Positions 32,476 to 43,800 of a DNA stretch of 64,000 bases are shown piece by piece. Position numbers and translations under genes: made by a program. This DNA is from Mayamaea pseudoterrestris (Eukaryota). The stretch covers positions 434,001-498,000 of the forward strand of contig BROI01000023.1 in NCBI GenBank assembly GCA_027923505.1, written 5' to 3'. Below the pieces are notes generated by a model, which did not search any database, was not told the origin of the DNA, and worked only from the letters and a program-made list of their open reading frames with translations. Every line of letters starts with the position of its first letter. Within the stretch, counting starts at the first letter, position 1.

Positions 32476-34061
32476 CTAGGCTTGTGACAACGATCGGTTT
32501 GCCGTATCACCCTTCCAGAAAAGAATCGGAATGATCAGGGGTCGGAACGTGGCATGCGGCAAGAACTTGGTAAGAACGTCGGCGACGTTCTGCTTGCCGA
32601 AGATGTGCTCAAAGTACAGAACATTGCTTGCAATGGCCTCGCGAACTCGGTGGTAGGCGAGCGCATTGTGTCGCTTAGAAAGTGTGGAGTGCGGGATCGT
32701 TGACGACTTCTTGACACTTTCGTTGTCGCCGAACATCCAGGCTGGTCCACTCAAAGGAGCTCCCAACATGCGTAGGGAGTATCGGAAATCCATAATCTGT
32801 TCCGTCGCGGTCTTGGTGACGACGAACTCGGATCCATACGTTGCAGTCTCGACAGTATTCTGACGCTTGCAGAACCATTCGACGGGCGTCTGGTTCAGGA
32901 AATGCAGGACTCCCATTGCGGAACGTCCAGTAGTGTAATCATGGTACAGATTCGCGTCCATAAAGGTAGTTAGTTGCACAGGCTTGCCCTTCGGGATTGG
33001 CATGTTCCACGGAAGCTCTTCGCTTGAGTTGCCGTAGACCGATTGCAACCAATCATACTTGGTAGGTTCCCCGTGATCGACGATCTTCGTCCGGAAACGA
33101 ATCGCCGCATCAGGGTACTCAGCTAGGTAACCGCAGACTCGCTTGGCTTGGTCCAGGTGCCGGGCGCGGGGCGCAGCGGAATCGGCCAAGTGTCATTACG
33201 GCACAATGAATGTCAAGTCGACATAGGGTCACTGCCCACTGGAGGGCACCGATAAGAGACTGGTACTGTTGAATGCCACGGGCATCCAGCTCTTCGGTTA
33301 GGTCAAGTTCGGGGTGGTCCCCGTCGTCAAGCGGTGACTTGCGCTTGCGTGGCTTCTCGCCAAACATGGTCTCGTAGTTCTTGAGCATGCGACCGACGTA
33401 GGTCTTCGCGCTCATGCAAAGGGTTCCATCGGGATCACGATAGAAGTCGGCTCTAAGGTGATACTTGATGTCGCCGACGCCCTTCAACTTGTACTTGTAC
33501 TTGTCCTTGAGGAGGTCCGTGAAGGCTTGTGGATCTTTCATGGCCATAGCCAGATCGTCGACGAACACGCCGACGTACTCGTAGTGAGTGCCACAGTCTT
33601 TCATCCAGACGTCAGGGTCCGCGTAACTGGGGTAGAATCCAATGTCGCGGAGTGTGTCGGCAAAGTGCTCATGCCAACGCGCGCCAGAAGTGCGCAATCC
33701 GTATAGTGCCTTGTAGATGACCAAGGTATGGCCTTCCAATGGTCCAAACTCGGGACCGGCAACAACAGTAGACCTTTTCCTTGGTCTTGGCCTCGAGGTG
33801 AGGCGTTACCGACATCGGCAGCCCAAAACTTGAGGTCGTTCAGTTCAGCTAACAGTGCTATGGTTCGGATGCTTCGGATAGATACAACGCCCGAGTAGGC
33901 GGAGTCCTTGGGCGGAGCGGTCAGATGTCCCCCCGCGAGTCGGCCTTACGGTCTAGATCGTTCTTGCAGTCGAAAACAAGATGCGCGTTGATGCGCTTCC
34001 AGTCACTTCCATGAAGGCACCAATGCCTTTGTCGATGAAAGTGTCGTACTCGTGTAGCTGC
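32476..34061 (-). pseudogene. Duplicated RT-RNase H fragment of family B
   Basis: ORFs 32476-33189 and 33119-33739 match 34402-35115 and 35045-35665 at a 1926-bp offset. Confidence 0.9.
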
Positions 34062-34390
34062 TGACACGATAATATCAGACGAACCTTTATTCCAGCGACT
34101 ACAATGGACTCGGAGCGATCAACCTCTTCGTCCAGCGTAAAGCAAACAAACAAACTCAATTGCTAGAATAGTGCATGTTACTCGCTACTCTACTCGTGCG
34201 CTTCTTTCTCGTTCTCACTGGGTTCACGGTCGAGGTTCACGCCTCGATCGTCAGCGATTTCACTCATGTATGTGAGGATTCGGCCACAAGTGTGACTCAA
34301 CCCTGCACAGGATTAAATGCATACAAAACACAGGTAGCTAACCGTCTTGTCATGAGACGCAGGTCAACTCAACTCAATAATATTGTGTCA
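34062..34390 (-). repeat. Family B 3' LTR
   Basis: Appears identical to 32136-32464; adjacent PPT at 34391-34400. Confidence 0.95.
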
Positions 34391-34401
34391 TCCCCCTTGA
34401 T

Positions 34402-37400
34402 CTAGGCTTGTGACAACGATCGGTTTGCCGTATCACCCTTCCAGAAAAGAATCGGAATGATCAGGGGTCGGAACGTGGCATGCGGCAAGAACTTGGTAAG
34501 AACGTCGGCGACGTTCTGCTTGCCGAAGATGTGCTCAAAGTACAGAACATTGCTTGCAATGGCCTCGCGAACTCGGTGGTAGGCGAGCGCATTGTGTCGC
34601 TTAGAAAGTGTGGAGTGCGGGATCGTTGACGACTTCTTGACACTTTCGTTGTCGCCGAACATCCAGGCTGGTCCACTCAAAGGAGCTCCCAACATGCGTA
34701 GGGAGTATCGGAAATCCATAATCTGTTCCGTCGCGGTCTTGGTGACGACGAACTCGGATCCATACGTTGCAGTCTCGACAGTATTCTGACGCTTGCAGAA
34801 CCATTCGACGGGCGTCTGGTTCAGGAAATGCAGGACTCCCATTGCGGAACGTCCAGTAGTGTAATCATGGTACAGATTCGCGTCCATAAAGGTAGTTAGT
34901 TGCACAGGCTTGCCCTTCGGGATTGGCATGTTCCACGGAAGCTCTTCGCTTGAGTTGCCGTAGACCGATTGCAACCAATCATACTTGGTAGGTTCCCCGT
35001 GATCGACGATCTTCGTCCGGAAACGAATCGCCGCATCAGGGTACTCAGCTAGGTAACCGCAGACTCGCTTGGCTTGGTCCAGGTGTCGGGCGCGGGGCGC
35101 AGCGGAATCGGCCAAGTGTCATTACGGCACAATGAATGTCAAGTCGACATAGGGTCACTGCCCACTGGAGGGCACCGATAAGAGACTGGTACTGTTGAAT
35201 GCCACGGGCATCCAGCTCTTCGGTTAGGTCAAGTTCGGGGTGGTCCCCGTCGTCAAGCGGTGACTTGCGCTTGCGTGGCTTCTCGCCAAACATGGTCTCG
35301 TAGTTCTTGAGCATGCGACCGACGTAGGTCTTCGCGCTCATGCAAAGGGTTCCATCGGGATCACGATAGAAGTCGGCTCTAAGGTGATACTTGATGTCGC
35401 CGACGCCCTTCAACTTGTACTTGTACTTGTCCTTGAGGAGGTCCGTGAAGGCTTGTGGATCTTTCATGGCCATAGCCAGATCGTCGACGAACACGCCGAC
35501 GTACTCGTAGTGAGTGCCACAGTCTTTCATCCAGACGTCAGGGTCCGCGTAACTGGGGTAGAATCCAATGTCGCGGAGTGTGTCGGCAAAGTGCTCATGC
35601 CAACGCGCGCCAGAAGTGCGCAATCCGTATAGTGCCTTGTAGATGACCAAGGTATGGCCTTCCAATGGTCCAAACTCGGGACCGGCAACAACAGTAGACC
35701 TTTTCCTTGGTCTTGGCCTCGAGGTGAGGCGTTACCGACATCGGCAGCCCAAAACTTGAGGTCGTTCAGTTCAGCTAACAGTGCTATGGTTCGGATGCTT
35801 CGGATAGATACAACGCCCGAGTAGGCGGAGTCCTTGGGCGGAGCGGTCAGATGTCCCCCCGCGAGTCGGCCTTACGGTCTAGATCGTTCTTGCAGTCGAA
35901 AACAAGATGCGCGTTGATGCGCTTCCAGTCACTTCCATGAAGGCACCAATGCCTTTGTCGATGAAAGTGTCGTACTCGTGTAGCTGCGATGTCGTCAGCC
36001 CACGGGTGTTCCATTGTCACGTCTCAGCCTTCCAGGTATGGAACTTGACCCAAACTTGAAACGCCCCTTGGACACGGTTCTTCTTTGCAGCCTTGCACAT
36101 GCGGTTAAACATTTTAGTGCGTCCTGCCATGCGCCTCAAGCGCTTCCATCCATCCTTTTCCAGCATACCCTTGCGCTTGCCGTACTCGGCAACGGTCACA
36201 GGGTCGGACTTGATAATCAATGCGAGTGGCTCCCAGGTCTTCTCGCCATTTGCCCATTGGATGAGCAGTAGAATGAGCCAACATCATTTTCAGTGCTTCT
36301 TCCGTCAATGAAATCAAACTTGTAGTACTGGTCGTCGTTGTCATCGTCCCCCAGTCGTAAAGAATCTTGCCGCTCGCACAAGTCGGCTAGTTCGTTGTAG
36401 GTAATAAGCTCGTCGACGTCGCCGTCGCCGAGACTCAATCGGAACTTGATGATCTTGTGGTTGGCTTCGTCGCGATCGTTCAGTTGCTCGATAACCTTGT
36501 AACGTCGCGTGGAGCCGTCTTCCTCGTCAAGAAGGACAGTGCGTCCCATCAGTTCAGCCGGAGTAAAGGACGGCATGGGTCCGTCAGGATCCAAACCGGC
36601 TAACTCGGCAGCGCTTTCTAACGTGAATGCGTCTTCATCCACGGTTCCCCCAGAATCAGGCGCTGGGGTCGGTGTAAGGTCGTGTTCAAACACCGGACCG
36701 ACTAGGTCATAATCATCGTCAAACTCGTCGACAGTTTCGACTTGGACTCGTTCACGCGCGGGGCGCGCGTCGAAGACAGGTTCCGCGAACAGTGGTCGTT
36801 CGGACTCGGGTTCAGGAGCGCTTTCAGCTTCAGCGCGTAGGTTACGCCCTTCGGAGAAGGGACGAACGTTGGATCGGACAACAACCATTCCAGTCCGATC
36901 GGATCGGACCTGGTACGTGAGGATGTCACCCTTGTTCTCTGCAATGCCGACCCAGCGTCCTGCTGCTTCCTTGGTGTGAGGAAATGTCGGCTCGTCGGCT
37001 CCGTGTTTCAGCAGGACTTGTTCCCAGAACTTGAACTGCAAACGGCGAAATGTTGTATCGGGCGGTAAGGGTCAGGCACTGACTGGTCCGGATAAGGCGA
37101 TTACGTACAGCGCGCATAGAAGCCAGGCTCCAGCGGGTGCGCCCGTACGGTTCATGATGTTCTGACTGATGACTTGACTTCTTGGATGCGACGCTCGGCA
37201 GGGTTCCCTGGCTGGCCGGTTGTCACGAACGCGTAGAATCGCAACAAGGTTTCAACTTGCTTCCCGAGCTGCACTCGCGAGTTATGCTAATGAGCAAGTC
37301 AGGAGCGCCAATGTCTCGAATGAGTTGAGCGCCATGGGCATGTCACTCTCGGTTCTCAGTGGGTATCCCCTCGTCAGCAGACTCTTCTTGCCGACGAACA

Positions 37401-40110
37401 GTTGCATCATCTTGCATCCGCCATGGCCGCGGATTCCGTCATTAAAGGCGGGTTCCTTGGAAAACCAGGTATCTGTCGCCGTATCGTCATGGAAACGAAC
37501 CACATTGGCGGCAGGGAATCGCGACTTAAAGTGTTGGCGAAATGGGGTGTGTGCCGATGCACGGAAAAGCTGTGTCGTATTCTTAATGGTGCGCTTGACT
37601 CGTTCAAGTGGCGTGTAGCCAAGGTAAGGTCGAAGCGCTTGGTAGTCAGGTTCTTGTGGCATTATGCGTCGTGCATTGGCTTGGCGCGCCGTCGATCAGC
37701 CTGATCGACAATACTGCACCACAACGTTCCACTGAATTCATGTTGTTTCCGGTAGGTGGCGTCGCCGAAGTCATCCATGCGGCGTCGACGAAACCGTGTC
37801 TTCTTCCAATTCGTCGGGTGACGATTAAACTCAAGTTCTTCTTCGTTCCATTCATTATCCAGCTCCGCCGGATCCCAAAGGGTGTCCCGGCAGAGAAAAT
37901 GACCGTCGCCATTCCACTCTGCTGCGGACGCATATTCAAACGGCAAGCCGTCCTCCGGGACTGGTGACAAGCTATTGGTAGCGGACGGCGCAGATCAGAT
38001 GGCGACAAGAAGGCGACGCAGATGAATTGATCAACCCAAAGCTCGTAACTGACCGATAATGGGTCCAGTCCGAGCGTTCAATCAATGCGACGCCAGTTCC
38101 GACTTGGAGGTCGCGAACCGTGTGGTCGCTCAAACCTGTCACGTTACACGTGTGGTTGGTAGTACTCAAGATTCTCATATCGCTTCCAGCGAGTCCACCG
38201 TTCGCACCGCCGTCAATCAGCGATCCTTGGCGGGTCTCGTTGCTGCGAGCTCGATTCACCGTGTAGCGCACCGATACCATTGCCGCGTGCCGACGGCTCC
38301 ATAAACTCTTGCTGGGTGTTATTCGCAGCTTGAGTGCGAGACGACGCGGCGTTCGCAAGGAAGGATCTAATCATGTCATCCGGTGCACCTTGAGTGGCTG
38401 TCGTCGGGGCGATCGAGACAGCGTCATTCTGATACAAGATTGTACCAGGCACCGATGCAGCCGCTTGTGACTGCTGGTTATTCGCACGGTTACCGTTGTT
38501 CGCGCGTCTTGTGGTGGCGGGTCTTGGGACGGCTTCGCGTCGAGTCATGAGCTGAGCGTATTCGTCCTCGTTAAGTCGGCCGAGTCGTTCGTACGACATG
38601 TACGACCAAGGGTTCTGCAACAACTGTTCAAAGTTTAGATAATCGCCAGGGAATCGTTCCCGATGCGCTTGCGTACCGGCTGCTGGTAGTGGCGCGGAAG
38701 AGCCTCGTCCTCCGGAACCGCGGCTCACTTGGGAACCCCGCCCACCTCTCTCACCGCCCAGCGTCCGCTTGGCGCTCCTCCGCCGCGACCAGAACCGCGT
38801 CCATTACCACGTCCTTGCCCGGAAGTGTTCGCGTTGTTCGCTTGGCGGTCGGCGTTCTTCTTGCCCTTATTCAACTTGGCGTTCTTGTTGTCGACGCGCA
38901 AAGCCTGCTGCGACAACATGTCGAAAAGACAGTCATAATCTTCCGTCACGACGGCGTCTGGGTCACCATTTGCACTGATGATGCGTCGTCGTTCAAATTG
39001 CAGGTGCTGGTCGAACGTCGTGCACGTGGGGCCGAATTCTTCGTCGCCCTCCACTGCAGCTCGTAGCCAGTAGTACTTCTTCTTGTCATCCGTCACTCCA
39101 GGACGAAACTCTTCGAGATTCTTCATGAGCTGTTCGATGTAGTTTAGGAACTTGTAGTGTCCTTTCGTCCAGGTCGAATCTAGGCGAATCGTCGCAAGCT
39201 TGGCTTGCAGTTCGTTCGCTTGGATGGTAGCTAACTCGCCGGAACCAAACTTGGTCGCGAGTTCGCGATAGACGCCTTGAGCGTCAGACTTGTCGCCGTA
39301 CTTCATCAGGAGCGACTGGTGTCCAGGGACTTCGAGACAATTGCGAAACGCAGTGTACATGAAGACTTGCTGATTCTCGAATTCTAATCTCTCTTCTTCC
39401 GTGACTGGTACGTACTTGCTGTCGAGCACGTTAGAACAGCCATGGAGTTTGGCGATTGCCTTGGTAGACGCGCTCCAACTCAACCACGCGTGGGGATGTT
39501 GGAACGTTTTGTAGTCCTTGTAGTCTCGTTTCGTCTTGAGATTCGAGAAACGACCCTTGGCATCTTCTTCCTTTTCGGCCTTCTCGGCCTTCACATTCTC
39601 ATTTTCGAGTTGCTTGGCAAGTAGCTCGGCTTGCTTCTTCTTGGACTCGAGTACGTAGTATCCTTCTTCACGCTTCCGCGCGATTTCTTGTTCCGCGAGA
39701 ACCGCTTGGTATCGCTCGAGCTTGCCTAAGTCCAGCAACGCCCATTTCTTGGTGTTCGGGGGTCCGTCGTGCATGGTAAACCATTCGCATGCATCGAGGA
39801 TGAGGTTCACGTAGACTGGTGCTAGTGTCGTTTCGTATCGTTCAGGTGCGGCGGCTGCTTGTTCCTCGGCCGGTTCTTCGGCCGGCTCGTCGCCCGGCTG
39901 CGCATCGTCGGGTTGCGCGCCTTCTTCTTGCTCAGCGCCAGCTGGGATGGCGGCTCTGTCGACCCAGTAGGGGGCTTCAAGTTGCTCCTTGGTCAATCTC
40001 AACATCTGGGTAGTGGTGGTTACATTCCAAAACAAGAACGCTTCTTGGATGTCTCGTCCGAAAACGTTCGTGCAGAGAAGCTGCAAAGCTTCCGCAGTAA
40101 TTGAAACCAT
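34402..40110 (-). pseudogene. Family B gag-pol with multiple frameshifts
   Basis: Consecutive ORF fragments homologous to the family A polyprotein (EPDYQALRPYLG, TDTWFS, KALYGLRTSGARW, TATYGSEF). Confidence 0.9.
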
Positions 40111-40328
40111 GATAATGAATACCTCGCTTCCGCAAGTCCTCTCTCACACAACAACCGCTCTCAATGCGGTCGAGCCTTATACGATCCTGTTCTACGCGCT
40201 CGTGCCAAGTATTCGGATTGACGACGCCGCAATGAATCTGCTCTTTCTCTCTCAATTTCTCGATTCTTTCACTCTCTCTCTTTCGCACAGCTCTCTCAGG
40301 TCAAGACAAGCTAGCAAGACTGTTAATC

Positions 40329-40657
40329 TGACACGATAATATCAGACGAACCTTTATTCCAGCGACTACAAAGGACTCGGAGCGATCAACCTCTTCGTCC
40401 AGCGTAAAGCAAGCAAACAAACTCAATTGCTAGAATAGTGCATGTTACTCGCTACTCTACTCGTGCGCTTCTTTCTCGTTCTCACTGGGTTCACGGTCGA
40501 GGTTCACGCCTCGATCGTCAGCGATTTCACTCATGTATGTGAGGATTCGGTCACAAGTGTGACTCAACCCTGCACAGGATTAAATGCATACAAAACACAG
40601 GTAGCTAACCGTCTTGTCATAAGACGCAGGTCAACTCAACTCAATAATATTGTGTCA
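40329..40657 (-). repeat. Family B 5' LTR
   Basis: Four substitutions seen versus the other two B LTRs; followed on the minus strand by GATTAACAGTCTTG. Confidence 0.95.
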
Positions 40658-40837
40658 GACTGTGCCCAGCACAAGTCCGCCTCCATCCGGTAGAAGAACT
40701 TCTGCAAGTAAGAATCTGTCATAGGCTTCCCAGTCAACATCATCCGCGGCAGGAGCTTGCTCTTCTTTGGTAGTCTCATCCTCGTAAGGCTGATACTCTG
40801 GTGGTTCATATTCGGGTACTTCTGGATTGGCAATGAT
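40658..40837 (-). mobile_element. Fragment of host element C (integrase C-terminal region)
   Basis: Translates IANPEVPEYEPP..AYDRFLLAEVLLPDGG and is in frame with the ORF ending at ~47383 once element A2 is removed. Confidence 0.88.
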
Positions 40838-43800
40838 TGCAGGATGCGAACGAAAACAGCGAAAATCGGGCAAGTCACACCGAATGTCCGATAGGGTGAC
40901 ACAGCGGCACTCACGGCTCACCACAGCCTCACGATCGCGTGATGCGTGGCAGCGACGGCTTCGAAGCGATTCAACGAGTATATTGCTGAAACTAGCGCGA
41001 TATAGAGTAGAAACAAGCAGACTTACTAAGCTTGAAGAGTTAAGAAAGCGATTTATACGTCTCTCGTATTGTAGCAACTGCAAGCTTGGATTGGCCATCC
41101 AAGGACAGCTACAAGCGAAAGGTGCAACGATTTGATTTACAAGTTACAAGATTAACACTGTCTTGAGACTCATTGCCTCGGCATAGAGACTTTATTGACG
41201 AAGAGTACTATTGATTTACGAAGTAACGTGGACGCACGTTGGTTCTTGGCCCGGAAAGTTCCGCAGGTGATAGCAAGAACATTGTCACGACGACAACGAT
41301 GGCGGAAACTCGCGCGCAGAAAGACGCGGCGTTTGCGCATGTTACGAAAGAGACGTAGGCGTTTTCCAGGATCCTCAGTTCAAGGAGTTATTCGACGAAC
41401 TCGGAGTAGAATCGCTTACGCAATTGATCGAGATGGAGTACGACGATTTCGCGACGAAGTGGAACGTCACGACGACGACAACGACGACGACTGACGATGG
41501 CGACAATGTCACGCAGGAAACGAGCGAACACTCGCTAACGAAGATGAAACAACGCACAATCACGAACGCGATCAAATGGTATTTGGCGCAAGAGTCGCCG
41601 GACATCAAGACATGGTCGCAACTGACCACCGAAACGCTGGCGACGTTCGTCACAGCACGAGCGAAGGAACGAGTCCAAGCGCGCAACATTGCGAGCGTGG
41701 GCAACGGAAGCGGAGCGAAACCTCCAGCGAAGGAAAGCGAAACGGAATCCAAGAAGGATGAATCCAAGGACTCCACGCTAACGAACGAAGGCGACGAGTC
41801 GAAACCCGACTCGGCCGACAAGGTGCCACCGACGAGCGTGGACGTGACACGAAGCAGTCACCGACATCCGATGGACCTCGGACGACGAAGACGACGAGAA
41901 GTATTCAGACCAATTTAGAAAGTCTATCAAGTTCTCGTGAAGGATTGTAAAGAAATGAAGCTGGATTCCTCGTGGAAACAGTGGATTTCCGAGTTGAAAG
42001 TCATCGCTACATTGCACGACTTCCACGAAGTCTTTGACGACGATTATGACCCGAAGGAAAAGGGACCGAAGGAACAGAAGGCGTATGCAAAGAAGAATGT
42101 GTTTATATACAGAATCTTTCTCACGCACTGTCGAACTCCGTCTGCATCACTCGCAGTACAGCAGTTCAAGAAGACGATGGACGGACGCGAAGTCTACCAA
42201 CGATTGCGAACGCGATACGAAGAAGGCGCTACTGCTCACATCGAGAAGGAACGCGCGCGAACGGAACTGCAGGGAATGCGGCTGACCGAGAAGTGGTCAA
42301 GGCCGACGATCGAATTTCTCGCACTGTTCTACAAGAAAGTCATCTGGCTGCTCGAAATGGACGCAGAAGCTCTGACAGGTTTACAACGATACGACATGCT
42401 ACGTGACGCTTTCTTGAGCACACTGGATTCAGCGCCTCGCTAGCAGGTTTTGACGGAATGATTGCCATCAAGAAACACATGGGGCAACACGATTCGGAAG
42501 ACAATTTCGCGCAGTTGTACGCGCACTTAGAAGAGTGCTGCATCAAGTATGACAAGAAACATCCATCGACGACGAAGACTAAGCGCACAATCAATCAAGC
42601 GCAGTCTAGTGGAACGAAAGGAGGCGGCGGCGGCAATGGCGGCGCGACTCCAAGCGGCTTATCGGCGGAACGATTTGCAGCGATCATGAAGAAACCTCAC
42701 GCGAGCGTGAAGGATGAAGTCTGGTTGGAGATGAAGTTCGATCAGCGAAAGCAGTTGAAGGACAAGCGTGCGACGGCACCCAAGACACCCAACGGATGGC
42801 GACCGCGCAACCAACGAGGCACGGCTACGATGCAGACGCAAGTCAACGCGGCGCATCAAGAGCGTCACGCGACGGAATCTGTAGCGAACGATCACGCAAG
42901 CGTTCCTGGCACGATTAATATTCAGCCAGGCAATAGTGGAATGTCAGTCCAAACGGCTGCACGATCGGTTCTCGAAAACAATGCGCAGTACTACAACTCA
43001 GCAAGTGACAGGATCGTTGACGACTGATAACACCGGACGAGGTACATTCAGCTTCAACATGCATCGTCGTGATGCGCGTCAATCGCGCCTACGAGCGGAT
43101 CAACGAAGCGCTCATCGACAGCGGCGCGAACGGAGGCTTATGCGGAGGAGACATGCTCGTCGTTTCGGAAACGAACGCCGAGGTGGATGTGACTGGTATT
43201 GACGATCATATTGTCCCAGCTCTCAAGATTGGCACTGCAGCTGGACTGGCAAAGACCCTTAGTGGCGAAACCATTCTGCTTTTGTGTCACCAGTATGCTT
43301 TAAAGCGAGACGGACCGACGATTCATTGCCCGAATCAATTGCGCGCAATGGGACATCGTGTCGACGATATTCCGATCATGTTTGGCGGAACGCAACGAAT
43401 TACGACGAACATTGGAGGCTACGCGGCCATTGGCGATTCGCGGCGGCCTGGTGTACTTGGACGTGACGAAACCCACGTTCGATGATTTGGATAAGTATCC
43501 GACTGTCATCATGACGTCGGACGTGCCGTGGGACCCGACTGTTTACGATGTCGAGCACGCGCACGACGATTTTGACGAACGCGATCACGATTATGGATCT
43601 TTTGACGAACGATTCGACGATGACGGTATCACGCACCGCAATCGTCACACGCCGACACGCACGGCGACGTGATGATCATCGGTCGTGCCAGCAGTTGTTT
43701 ACGTTAATTAAGGAAGCGAAGCAGGGAAGACTATAATGCTCTTGGCCCATCTGGATGGGTACCGACTGAGCGAGTTCAACAGACTTTACGTCACACGGAA

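Larger units (their letters stand above)
32136..40657 (-). mobile_element. Ty1/copia LTR retrotransposon family B, three-LTR structure, frameshifted
   Basis: 329-bp TG..CA LTRs at 32136-32464, 34062-34390 and 40329-40657; PPTs next to the first two; gag 40110-38725; PR LIDGGANGG; IN, RT (VFVDD) and RNase H fragments on the minus strand. Confidence 0.95.

Noticed and set aside
32249..32479. Signal-peptide-like 76-aa ORF, also at 34175 and 40442
   Set aside because: Lies antisense within the B LTR; it recurs only because the LTR recurs.
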